From: a virus
IMG/VR virus record: IMGVR_UViG_3300009183_008543
Location: 72,407 to 136,406 of that record
Direction: 5' to 3' (one strand)
DNA: 64,000 bases
Shown in pieces: positions 55,624 to 64,000 of this stretch (positions are counted from its first letter, which is position 1; every line of letters starts with the position of its first letter). The notes under the pieces were generated by a model. The model did no database searches and was not told the DNA's origin. It saw only the letters and a list, made by a program, of their open reading frames with translations. Made by a program: the position numbers and the translations under genes.

Positions 55624-56953
55624 TCTTAGTCCTATTTGGCAGTTTAATTGTTTTCATCTCAGTAATTTTTCTTCCAACAGAGCAAGAAATGCTCATGCTC
55701 AAATTTGGAAATAAATTACATTCTGAAACCAACGATTTATGGGAAGCCAAAATAACTTCTTTTAATTTTTCCCTGTTTGCATAAATCATATACCCGTCAT
55801 GTACATTATAAGCTATTCTCCCAATACCATTCAAGGATTTGTAAAGACCAATCAATTGATACAAACAATAAATGGCAGAAGGAGATTGAACTGCAAAATT
55901 TCTAGCCCTATAAGACTTATCTTGAAAATGCCTTGTTTTTCCACAATAATCCACGACTTTTTTATCGATTTCGGCTTTGTTCTGGTAATCTTCAATCCAC
56001 TTATAAGCTTTAAAAAATATATTTTTAATTCGATCAACAATTGCTTCTGCAACTTTTATTGGCAATCCAAACTTCTCTGATATTCCATAAGCACTCATAC
56101 CATAAAAGACAGGCAAAAATATTTTTTTACATAATGATCTTTTGTCTTCGGAATCACAAGGAGTTTTCAAAATTTTCTCATAAGCAACTCTGTAGATGTC
56201 CTCGCTATCACACAAACCATTTATTTCCTCATCACCAGACAACCAACCCAACATTTTAACTTCCATGCTTTTGTAATCCATATAAACAAATACGGAATCA
56301 AAATCCAAAGGCTTCAATAATTCACGCTGTTCTGGACTTATGACATGCGGAACGAATGATCTAGTGAGAGCCTTATAGCAAAGCATTCTTCCATTTTCTT
56401 GACCAGTTATGTCATAAAAGGCATGTACCTTTTCGGTTGTCAATATACCAATCGTTTCTAGCGAAGGAACTACTTCCAAAGCTAAAGGAAGATGAACCGA
56501 CTTGTAAATCTTTTGTGTTTTAGACCAATTCTCAGAAGACATGACCTTTTTCAATCTTCCCATGAATTCAATCATCGTTTTTGGCTTTTCGAGCTTTGTA
56601 TCTGTATAGCTTTCCAAAATCTTAAGATCAATGAGTGTTCCCTTAAATTCAATAGTAATCCCATACATTCCCAACAAAAATGAAGCTATGACTTTCCAGT
56701 TCCAAACAAGTATCTTTTTGCCTTCACAACACAAAGAATTAGAAAAAGCCTTTGAGAATATTCTTGCAGACCAATCTCCATCCAAAGGTATCTCATGCGA
56801 ACCAAAAGAAGAACAAATAAATATCGTGGCTTCTTTAGCCTTTTCTCTGCTCGTAAAGTCCAATACAGCATCCGTAGCTGAAAGGTAAACAGCCCCTGTT
56901 GCTGCATGATCATACAACAGCTTAACAATTTGACTGGGATGCATGGAACTCAT
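55559..56953 (-). CDS. compact family A (Pol I-like) DNA polymerase
   Basis: Motif A DYKSMEVKML, motif B RSLCKKIFLPVFYG, ARNFAVQS, motif C VHDG. Confidence 0.8.
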   Translation of the reverse strand: MSSMHPSQIVKLLYDHAATGAVYLSATDAVLDFTSREKAKEATIFICSSFGSHEIPLDGDWSARIFSKAFSNSLCCEGKKILVWNWKVIASFLLGMYGITIEFKGTLIDLKILESYTDTKLEKPKTMIEFMGRLKKVMSSENWSKTQKIYKSVHLPLALEVVPSLETIGILTTEKVHAFYDITGQENGRMLCYKALTRSFVPHVISPEQRELLKPLDFDSVFVYMDYKSMEVKMLGWLSGDEEINGLCDSEDIYRVAYEKILKTPCDSEDKRSLCKKIFLPVFYGMSAYGISEKFGLPIKVAEAIVDRIKNIFFKAYKWIEDYQNKAEIDKKVVDYCGKTRHFQDKSYRARNFAVQSPSAIYCLYQLIGLYKSLNGIGRIAYNVHDGYMIYANREKLKEVILASHKSLVSECNLFPNLSMSISCSVGRKITEMKTIKLPNRTKNEKSKESEKHLPIVSDNSIGI

Positions 56954-57049
56954 ACATAAAATCTACCATAGCTTGAACTTAAATCAATAGAGAAAAGTCG
57001 TAACAAAGTATTTTTCTACTATTTTTATATCTTTATATTTTAAACCGAG

Positions 57050-57473
57050 TTGCCGACTTAGTTATCTTGCTGTTTAATGTATGAATTAAATAAAATTACA
57101 TACATAATCAATTGAATTGTTTCTGTGTTTAAACATATCGTAATTCATTTGATTCAACTGATAACTCATAGTATGAATTCTTATGTACATCATAAGATTC
57201 CTTGTGTTTTGAACAATTGATACCAATGAAGCCATATAACTCACAGTTGTTCCCATTTCTTGTCTGCAAAATGAGAGTCGGCTATTTTTGACACAACTGC
57301 GGAAGACTTGGCTTTTCGAGCATAACAATGGTTCTCGTTGCACCATTCGTGTTTTTCACTACAAAGACTTACCCGTCAGGGCTGCTCAAGTTTTTTTCAC
57401 GGTAAGTTATCGTTGGGGTATCCTCAACAATTACCTAAAGGGGAAGAGTAAGCTTCCGTCTTAGTTATTTATA
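57050..57473 (-). other. structured non-coding region below a TATAAATA motif (candidate ncRNA or origin)
   Basis: TATAAATA at 57473-57466; stems ggaag/cttcc, gttgagg/ccccaac, acttacc/ggtaagt, aatggt/accatt, cagttgt/acaactg. Confidence 0.4.
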
Positions 57474-57770
57474 GTTTCTATGACAAGTAGAATTATTATA
57501 ATTTAGGTAAGAGAAAATTGCAATCGATTATTTTGAAAAAATAATTTCATTTTCAATAATCATTGCAAAAACTACAGATGTGATTAGTCTAATTCTTGTT
57601 TTGATAAAAATGAAAAAATTTTTTCAATTAATTGAATGACGATTATCGTAAGCAATACTAACCAAAGTAATAAAATAATTTCATTCATTTTTGATATCAT
57701 ACTTTAATCTAAGATAATTTTCAACTAGATAAAATGCCATCTTGAGAAATTTTATTTATAGGGTATAATA

Positions 57771-58460
57771 ATGATCGATTCAAAAAAACTAGCCGAGAAA
57801 TACAAGATGGATGAATTAGAAGTAAAAGCTTTGAATGTATGTCAAATATGGATGGAAATGAGTAAAAAATTATTTCCAAGTTATAATCATAATAAATTTG
57901 GAAAAGGAGATCCAAGAAAAACTTTAATGTTTAAAGTTTGCTATAAGCTAATTCGTGAAACTTCTGGATTTATAGGGGATGACGATTATCCATTATATGT
58001 TCGAGCGCAATTAGATATATTGAAACATATAAGTTTAGATAAAGGTCATCCACTTATAGAAGTTAATTGTTTAGTTGGAGATAAAGCTTGGAAACGATGG
58101 AAATTATGGAAGAAAAAGTATGATACTACTGTTCAAATTAGATCAAAAACCGCCACAACTAAAGTTAACAATCCCAAAATCATTGAGGCTCTTAGAAAAA
58201 CCAAAGAATTCTTTAGTTTACAATTTGAAAATAAACCATCTTATGAAAAATTTAAAGAATTTGAAAAAGATGGATCGCTATACCGATATGTAAATTTTGG
58301 TAAAATATCTCCGTACTATTTAGTTTTGTCTCCATACTTTGAAAAACTTTCTAAAGAATGTGTGATGCAAAAGATGAATTTTGATATTCAACTATATAAG
58401 ACTGGTATAGATGAGGCTACTTTAGAGCATTTTAAGAATTTATTTATATATGAATTTTAG
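57771..58460 (+). CDS. hypothetical protein
   Basis: 229-aa ORF after an AT-rich spacer; TATAAT directly upstream. Confidence 0.65.
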   Translation: MIDSKKLAEKYKMDELEVKALNVCQIWMEMSKKLFPSYNHNKFGKGDPRKTLMFKVCYKLIRETSGFIGDDDYPLYVRAQLDILKHISLDKGHPLIEVNCLVGDKAWKRWKLWKKKYDTTVQIRSKTATTKVNNPKIIEALRKTKEFFSLQFENKPSYEKFKEFEKDGSLYRYVNFGKISPYYLVLSPYFEKLSKECVMQKMNFDIQLYKTGIDEATLEHFKNLFIYEF

Positions 58461-58903
58461 TCAAGCCAAGATATAAAATCACGAACATTCATATATCCTA
58501 CTTTTCTTTTAATTTCATTTTCATTTTTATCCACAATAATTGTGCAAGGTATGGATTTAACTCCATATTTCCCTGCAGTACTTTGATTTTTATCAACATT
58601 TATTTTAACGATAATTGCATCATGAGATTCCACAGCACTAATTGATCTACTTGAAGTTAATGTATCATGCTCAAATTTTTGACACCACACACACCAATTT
58701 GCTCCAAAAACAAGAATCATTGATTTGTTTTCTTTTTTTGCTATTTTTTTTGCGTTCTCATAAACATCATCTTTTTGGATTACAATATCTTTGGATGTTT
58801 GATTTATAATTATTTTTTCACTTTTATTTGAATTTGTATTTTTTGTTAAAAATATCAGAGCAAGACATATAGACGCTAAAAGAATATTAATTGCATTTTT
58901 CAT
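58457..58903 (-). CDS. exported thioredoxin-family protein
   Basis: Signal/TM segment then FGANWCVWC...VKSIP. Confidence 0.85.
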   Translation of the reverse strand: MKNAINILLASICLALIFLTKNTNSNKSEKIIINQTSKDIVIQKDDVYENAKKIAKKENKSMILVFGANWCVWCQKFEHDTLTSSRSISAVESHDAIIVKINVDKNQSTAGKYGVKSIPCTIIVDKNENEIKRKVGYMNVRDFISWLD

Positions 58904-58910
58904 TTCACTC

Positions 58911-59711
58911 CTAATATGTCATAAATATTTTAGATATAGATTCTACAATTTCTTTTGGTTCTTGCGTTGGTGCAAACCATTCATCCCACTCTGATGGCTG
59001 AACTTTCCATGAATGTTGCTTTGTTGTTGAATCAATATCATATCCCCAACAACGAATTAATCCTTTTTTGGCATCCCAATAAAGGTCTATATCGAATTGT
59101 TCTGCTCTTGAAGCGGTTGGTGCTTCAACGCCACCACCACGAAATTCAAAAACATATTTGTGATAATTTTCACTCTTCTTATACATACCAATTGGAAACA
59201 TACAATAAGATGGAAATACTTTTCTTACATTATTGAACATTTTTAGAGATAGTTTATCGAATCCTTTAAATTGAACATTTGGAGAATCAATAAGCTGTTC
59301 ATTTAAATTAACTAAATAAGTGTGAATTTCAGAAGCATATATTTCTTCTCTTGTATTGTGATATCCTTCATCCAAAGGAAATACTTTTTTGCAAATCCAA
59401 TTACTTTCACCAACAGCATCAATAACTTTTCTTCTGGCAACAATCTTATAAGACCCTAAAGGAGTTAATTGTAATTGCAACGCACCAGCTTCATCACCCC
59501 ATTCTATAAGGTTTTGAAATTTAGGGTTTGCTATGTAATTTCCAATTTCTGGTGTAGAAAGTAATTCTGAAATAATTTTACTTGAATGAATAATGTCAAT
59601 AGGCATATGACCTTCAGCTGGCTTGGTTCCACCAGCTGGTTTTTTTAATTTTTCGCCAAAGCCAAAGTCAGCCCATTCTTTTAAGCTGATAAATTTTTTG
59701 AAGCTATACAT
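58911..59711 (-). CDS. hypothetical protein with capsid-targeting-like N-terminus
   Basis: MYSFKKFISLKE begins 3 nt from TATATATA (59715-59722). Confidence 0.6.
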   Translation of the reverse strand: MYSFKKFISLKEWADFGFGEKLKKPAGGTKPAEGHMPIDIIHSSKIISELLSTPEIGNYIANPKFQNLIEWGDEAGALQLQLTPLGSYKIVARRKVIDAVGESNWICKKVFPLDEGYHNTREEIYASEIHTYLVNLNEQLIDSPNVQFKGFDKLSLKMFNNVRKVFPSYCMFPIGMYKKSENYHKYVFEFRGGGVEAPTASRAEQFDIDLYWDAKKGLIRCWGYDIDSTTKQHSWKVQPSEWDEWFAPTQEPKEIVESISKIFMTY

Positions 59712-59741
59712 AATTATATATAGATTAACAAAAGGATAAAA

Positions 59742-60014
59742 ATGAAACGATTTAAAGTTTGGATTGAAGCAAAACAAGAAAAATTAAAAGATTATTTAGA
59801 TGTTGTTTTAAATTCTCTTAATTTAGACACAAAAAAAGGAGCATCTACGCCAATAGACTCTTTAAATCAACAAAATTTACTGGCTAAATTAGAAAATTTG
59901 GAAGTTTATAAATTGTTGCCTACAAAAACAAAAGATTTAATTCGTAAAAAAATTGAAAGCGATAATAAAGGCACAGTTCTGGATATTATAAAAACAATGG
60001 CTGGATATCAATAA
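59742..60014 (+). CDS. hypothetical protein with capsid-targeting-like N-terminus
   Basis: MKRFKVWIEAKQE; AAGGA RBS; divergent from the same TATATATA. Confidence 0.6.
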   Translation: MKRFKVWIEAKQEKLKDYLDVVLNSLNLDTKKGASTPIDSLNQQNLLAKLENLEVYKLLPTKTKDLIRKKIESDNKGTVLDIIKTMAGYQ

Positions 60015-60754
60015 GATTGTGCAATAATATCAATTAACTTTCTATTAAATAATGTTCTTTTAGCTAAATCATTTTTCATAGGTGTTTCAGTTGTCAAATA
60101 TGGAAAACCCATGTCGTGAATTCCATTTTCAATAGAACATTTGTGTTTAGGCTCTGATTCTATTCTTTGTTTTTTTGGATGAGATATCAAACCATTAATG
60201 CATTTATCGCCATGTATTTTCCCATCAAGTATGGGAAAATAAGACGATGCTTCTCTTACGCATTTATCCCAAAGAGGTTTTTTATCTTCGTCTGAATAGT
60301 AAGAATAAAAACTATCTGTAGATTCATCTTCATGTAGTGTCCAGAATAAAGATGGCTTAATTTTCTTCGCCAATTCTAGAATACTTTTAACTTCTGGTTG
60401 TTTTATACGATGACACATATCTCGATTTAAATCGTTTCCTTCATCGGTAAATCTGTTATTGGATATAAATCCAGTTGGATTTAGAATAGGAAAAAACTCA
60501 AGTGTTATATCTTTGGGAAATTTACCTCTTGATAAGTAATCGATAATTCCAGTGATTCCACCTATTTCATTGCCATGAATTCCACCGACTATAAAAATTG
60601 ATTTTGATTTGTCGGGATTAATGGTGGCTCTGTATATTGGAAAATTATTTTCACACAGCGTTACCAATTTAACTTTTGGAGTGCATCGAACAAGCCTAGA
60701 AACATAGGCATCATAACGATTCGAATCAGATTTAAAAAATTCTTTGAATTGCAT
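60008..60754 (-). CDS. M14-family metallocarboxypeptidase / succinylglutamate desuccinylase-like protein
   Basis: GGIHGNE, NPTG, DLNR, LHED, TTETP; starts MQFKEFFK. Confidence 0.8.
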   Translation of the reverse strand: MQFKEFFKSDSNRYDAYVSRLVRCTPKVKLVTLCENNFPIYRATINPDKSKSIFIVGGIHGNEIGGITGIIDYLSRGKFPKDITLEFFPILNPTGFISNNRFTDEGNDLNRDMCHRIKQPEVKSILELAKKIKPSLFWTLHEDESTDSFYSYYSDEDKKPLWDKCVREASSYFPILDGKIHGDKCINGLISHPKKQRIESEPKHKCSIENGIHDMGFPYLTTETPMKNDLAKRTLFNRKLIDIIAQSY

Positions 60755-60790
60755 ATTTTTATTTATGAACATTTACCTTTATAATTTAGC

Positions 60791-61066
60791 ATGCGAAGCA
60801 AAAAAAGCAAAAAACAGATAAAGAAACTTTCCGACAAGAGTTGTTATTTTTGTCGAGAAAGCGATTATGATCTTCTAGATGTGCATCGTATAATTGAAGG
60901 AAAAGATGGTGGAAAATACCATGAAATGAACACAATAACAGTTTGCTGTTTGTGTCACAGAAAAATCCACTCAGGTAAAATTAAAGTTTTTAGAAAGTAT
61001 ACAACAACCTTAGGAAGAATTGTTCTTCATTTTGAAGATGAAAATGGCGAAGAAAAATTTGAATGA
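60791..61066 (+). CDS. small HNH endonuclease
   Basis: CYFC...LDVHRI...GG...NTITVCCLCHRKIH. Confidence 0.8.
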   Translation: MRSKKSKKQIKKLSDKSCYFCRESDYDLLDVHRIIEGKDGGKYHEMNTITVCCLCHRKIHSGKIKVFRKYTTTLGRIVLHFEDENGEEKFE

Positions 61067-61552
61067 TCATACTTCAAAAGGATTCAAATCTGAAATTTTC
61101 ACATTATAACAGTCTGCTTTTACAGTGAAATTATTGTCTGGATCAAAATCCCCTTTTTTAAGGAATTTTGCTTTTTTATAATATTCATCTTTATCAAGCC
61201 ATCCTAAGATGTAAGCTTTATGCCATGTATCATTACTGAATTCCAATCTAACAAATGCATATTTTGTGCATATTTGATGTGTGTTTAAAGCTGCAATAGA
61301 ACATTCATAATGTGGTCTTGGTCTAGATGTGCATCTTTTGGTTTTTACATCCCAAAGTATGTTGTCTTCAATAATGTCATAATCATAAGTGTTATTTATA
61401 ATTCCTTTTATAACTTCATTTGCAACTTGCTCTCCAATAAAGCCAGCCATATTTCCCATCCCACTGGTAATCGAGTTTCTTATCTCTCCCATTTCCAATG
61501 ATTTTTTTGTGGCACGAATGATCATTTCTTGAGTAATTTCTATTTCAATCAT
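61067..61552 (-). CDS. PD-(D/E)xK nuclease-like phage protein
   Basis: GFIGE...YDYDI...WDVKTK. Confidence 0.55.
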   Translation of the reverse strand: MIEIEITQEMIIRATKKSLEMGEIRNSITSGMGNMAGFIGEQVANEVIKGIINNTYDYDIIEDNILWDVKTKRCTSRPRPHYECSIAALNTHQICTKYAFVRLEFSNDTWHKAYILGWLDKDEYYKKAKFLKKGDFDPDNNFTVKADCYNVKISDLNPFEV

Positions 61553-61864
61553 TCATAAGTTCCTTAAGAAAAATTTAATTTTATCATCATCTTTTGTTAT
61601 TGTGTAGATTCTTTTCTTCGATGTTTCTGTCAAATACTGAAGCTTTTCTTTTTTAGAGCTTTTTGTTCTGCATTCTTTTAGTATTGGTTCCAATCCACAT
61701 AAGAATATCCAAATTCTAAATGTACTTTCGTTCAATTTAGAAGAAATCAGTTTGTAAAATTTAGTCCAATTTATTTTCAACGAAGCAAATATTTTCTTGT
61801 ATCTTTCAGACATACATTTTATTTGTTTTTCGTAATATTCTTTTTCAAATTCTGGAATTATCAT
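61553..61864 (-). CDS. hypothetical protein
   Basis: ATGA-coupled to uvsW. Confidence 0.55.
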   Translation of the reverse strand: MIIPEFEKEYYEKQIKCMSERYKKIFASLKINWTKFYKLISSKLNESTFRIWIFLCGLEPILKECRTKSSKKEKLQYLTETSKKRIYTITKDDDKIKFFLRNL

Positions 61865-63291
61865 ATATCTGTCGTTTCGTTGACCACAACATTGTGTCCT
61901 TGTTCTCGTAGAATTTTGATTCGTTTCTTGCTATGTTCTAACAAATATGGATTGATATTAAAAACAAAATCATAATAATTTAGTTCTTCTTTATCTTTTG
62001 CAGTTCTCAACCCACGACCCATTCTTTGAATGATTTGATGATCTGCTTGACCACCTGCAGCATTTATAAGCGAATGAATAAAAACATTAATACCAGTATT
62101 GAATATTTGTTGTGTCGCAATTGCAATCAAAGATTTTTTTGATTTTTGAAGCTGTTGAATTACTTCCTTCCTAGTGTCTGCATTATCTTTTCCTTGAACC
62201 CATAACGAATTTGGAATCATCTTGTTTAGAATGTCTCCATGTGCAATTCGATCAACAAGAATCAATGTCCTTCCTTTGCATTTTTTGGCAAGTCTGGTAA
62301 CTATGTCATTGAAATAAAAATTTTCTGCAATGCCTCTTGTGACCGCATCAAGATATATGTCGTAAGGAATACTTGGCTCATTGATAGGATAAAAATTGCA
62401 ATTACTTGAAGATAAAATTCCTCTTTCTTGAAGTTGTGCCGTGGTAAGGACTCCATTGACCGATGATTTTATTTTCAATATAGGTCCAAAATATCCTTTT
62501 ACTTGATGTTTTTGAACTTTATCTTTTTCTCCAAATTTGAAAGGCGTTGCAGATATTGCAATTCTAACGCTCGTACTTTTAAGTTTTTTGTATACATCTA
62601 TTGGAGTTTTAGACATCATGTCATGTATTTCGTCAACAATAAGAACTTTAAATCTACTTAAAGCTTTATCTATTTTTTTTACAGACATTACGCTGGCGAC
62701 AGTTACTATGTTTGGCTCAATTACACCGCCCCACAATCTTCCAAGATTGGGAACATCCCATTTTTTCAATTCAGCATAATTTTGTTCTGCAAGACCTACA
62801 CGATTTTGAAGAATTAATGTTGGTGTTTTTGGAGGCAATGATTTTAATATACCCAAAAGAATCAAAGTCTTACCAGCTGAAGTGGGTGCGAATACAATTC
62901 CTCGTTTATGTTTTATGGCTTGGCTTATAAGTTCAACTTGATAATCATGAAGTTTTATTGGTTCGAGTCCTTTTGGTAGCCACTGATTGAGAAAATTTTC
63001 TTCAATTAAATTTTCTGAAAATTTAAATTCTGATCTATTATCTTGAATTTCATATTCAATATCGAAATGCTTCAGTGCAGCAGAAACTTCTGGAATAAGA
63101 CCAGTCAAAAATCTTCCTGTTTCTTTTTTGAAAAATTCTGTGTAACCATCCCAAAGTCGCTGTTTATACAGTCTGCTATGAAAGTAGTTCCGTTCACGAA
63201 AACGCAGACAATCCCACAAAGTTTGTTTGATTTTATGATTGGTTGTTAAAAGTTGACAATAATCGTTATCAATCACCAGCAAAGTGGTCAT
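61861..63291 (-). CDS. uvsW: UvsW-like superfamily 2 DNA helicase
   Basis: LHDYQ, APTSAGKT, DEIH, SATP, FNTGIN, QRMGRGLR, HSKKRIK. Confidence 0.85.
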   Translation of the reverse strand: MTTLLVIDNDYCQLLTTNHKIKQTLWDCLRFRERNYFHSRLYKQRLWDGYTEFFKKETGRFLTGLIPEVSAALKHFDIEYEIQDNRSEFKFSENLIEENFLNQWLPKGLEPIKLHDYQVELISQAIKHKRGIVFAPTSAGKTLILLGILKSLPPKTPTLILQNRVGLAEQNYAELKKWDVPNLGRLWGGVIEPNIVTVASVMSVKKIDKALSRFKVLIVDEIHDMMSKTPIDVYKKLKSTSVRIAISATPFKFGEKDKVQKHQVKGYFGPILKIKSSVNGVLTTAQLQERGILSSSNCNFYPINEPSIPYDIYLDAVTRGIAENFYFNDIVTRLAKKCKGRTLILVDRIAHGDILNKMIPNSLWVQGKDNADTRKEVIQQLQKSKKSLIAIATQQIFNTGINVFIHSLINAAGGQADHQIIQRMGRGLRTAKDKEELNYYDFVFNINPYLLEHSKKRIKILREQGHNVVVNETTDI

Positions 63292-63385
63292 ATTTGTCTC
63301 CAAAAAGATATTTTCTTATATTTAGTCAATTTATTCAATATCGTTTTTAAAAAAAGCTTCATAAATATCCAAGGAGGAAGAAAAT

Positions 63386-63910
63386 ATGAGTGATGATTAT
63401 ACAATTTTAAATCCCGGCATAGGCGGGGATGTCATGGATGAAACAGCAGTATCTTATGATGCTGCTCCGCTTGTTAGAAAAAGACCTCGTGTTGTTGTGA
63501 CTGGAGAAGGTGCCGATGATGTTGTCACCACAACAGGAACTTTGCCAAATGATGGAGACATTGGTTTAGTTGTTAGAGAAGCTAGGAAAGGGCAATCGAC
63601 AAGTGCAAACAGTATACCAGTTGTAGTCGCTTCAGATCAAACAGTTGGAAGAAGCAATGTAATTGTATTTCAAGAAATTATTGGAACATCGGAAACGCAA
63701 CTTTCAGATAACGCAATATCATTATCAGTAACAATAAAATCTATGGACTCTAATGATGGAGTTGTATATTTGGGAATTTTTGGTGTAACAAACTCTAATG
63801 GATTTGAATTAAGCGCTGGAGAAAGCATTTCGATTTCTATTGATAATACTAATAGATTGTATGCAATAGCGAGTTCAATTAATCAAAAACTTTGTATTAT
63901 AGGTATATAA
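63386..63910 (+). CDS. hypothetical protein, possibly virion-associated
   Basis: TAAATA and GGAGG upstream; beta-rich NDGVVYLG...GFELSAGESISI. Confidence 0.55.
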   Translation: MSDDYTILNPGIGGDVMDETAVSYDAAPLVRKRPRVVVTGEGADDVVTTTGTLPNDGDIGLVVREARKGQSTSANSIPVVVASDQTVGRSNVIVFQEIIGTSETQLSDNAISLSVTIKSMDSNDGVVYLGIFGVTNSNGFELSAGESISISIDNTNRLYAIASSINQKLCIIGI

Positions 63911-63945
63911 ATTATAAAAAACTTATATAAGAAATAAAAATAATC

Positions 63946-64000
63946 ATGTTTATAGGCGCAACAAATTTTAATTCTGGAAAAAATAAAGGACCAACAGGAC
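63946..64000 (+). CDS. partial ORF at window end
   Basis: MFIGATNFNSGKNKGPTG... Confidence 0.4.
   Translation, partial: MFIGATNFNSGKNKGPTG

Noticed and set aside
57086-57346. 86-aa CDS in the large intergenic gap
   Set aside because: No RBS, atypical composition, and it overlaps the hairpin-rich region.
1-64000. Cellular chromosome origin for the window
   Set aside because: Housekeeping-like genes are isolated and divergent among many short unknown ORFs, alongside T4-type gp32, UvsW, gp4 and late-promoter motifs. No capsid or terminase gene is in the window, so the phage call is strong but indirect.

Overview
AT-rich, densely coding 64-kb segment that reads as part of a large (jumbo/huge) T4-like bacteriophage genome, using the standard genetic code. 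It has T4-type replication and recombination genes (gp32-like SSB, UvsX/RecA, UvsY-like, UvsW, gp41/DnaB helicase, gp4-like head-completion nuclease), but the replicase is a bacterial-type DnaE split into two genes 13 kb apart, plus a compact family A polymerase. Host-like genes include def, ribosomal protein bS21, a rimI-like acetyltransferase, thyX, dCMP deaminase, dNMP kinase, hldE, glf, several glycosyltransferases and a complete prkA(yeaG)-yeaH-spoVR(ycgB) operon. The most unusual observations are: (1) the true 5' end of the DnaE PHP-domain gene (MKVEIVGFEHLHLH) is cut off from the rest of the gene by a TAG-containing 7-nt interruption inside a 23-bp hairpin that also hides the RBS and start codon, suggesting recoding or a switch; (2) a 2654-aa Stig1-like cysteine-repeat protein beside candidate thiol-redox genes; (3) about 8 proteins with a T4-like capsid-targeting N-terminus, several next to a TATATATA/TAAATA late-promoter-like motif; (4) three structured intergenic regions that could be ncRNAs. 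All calls come from reading motifs by eye; no database searches or folding programs were run.
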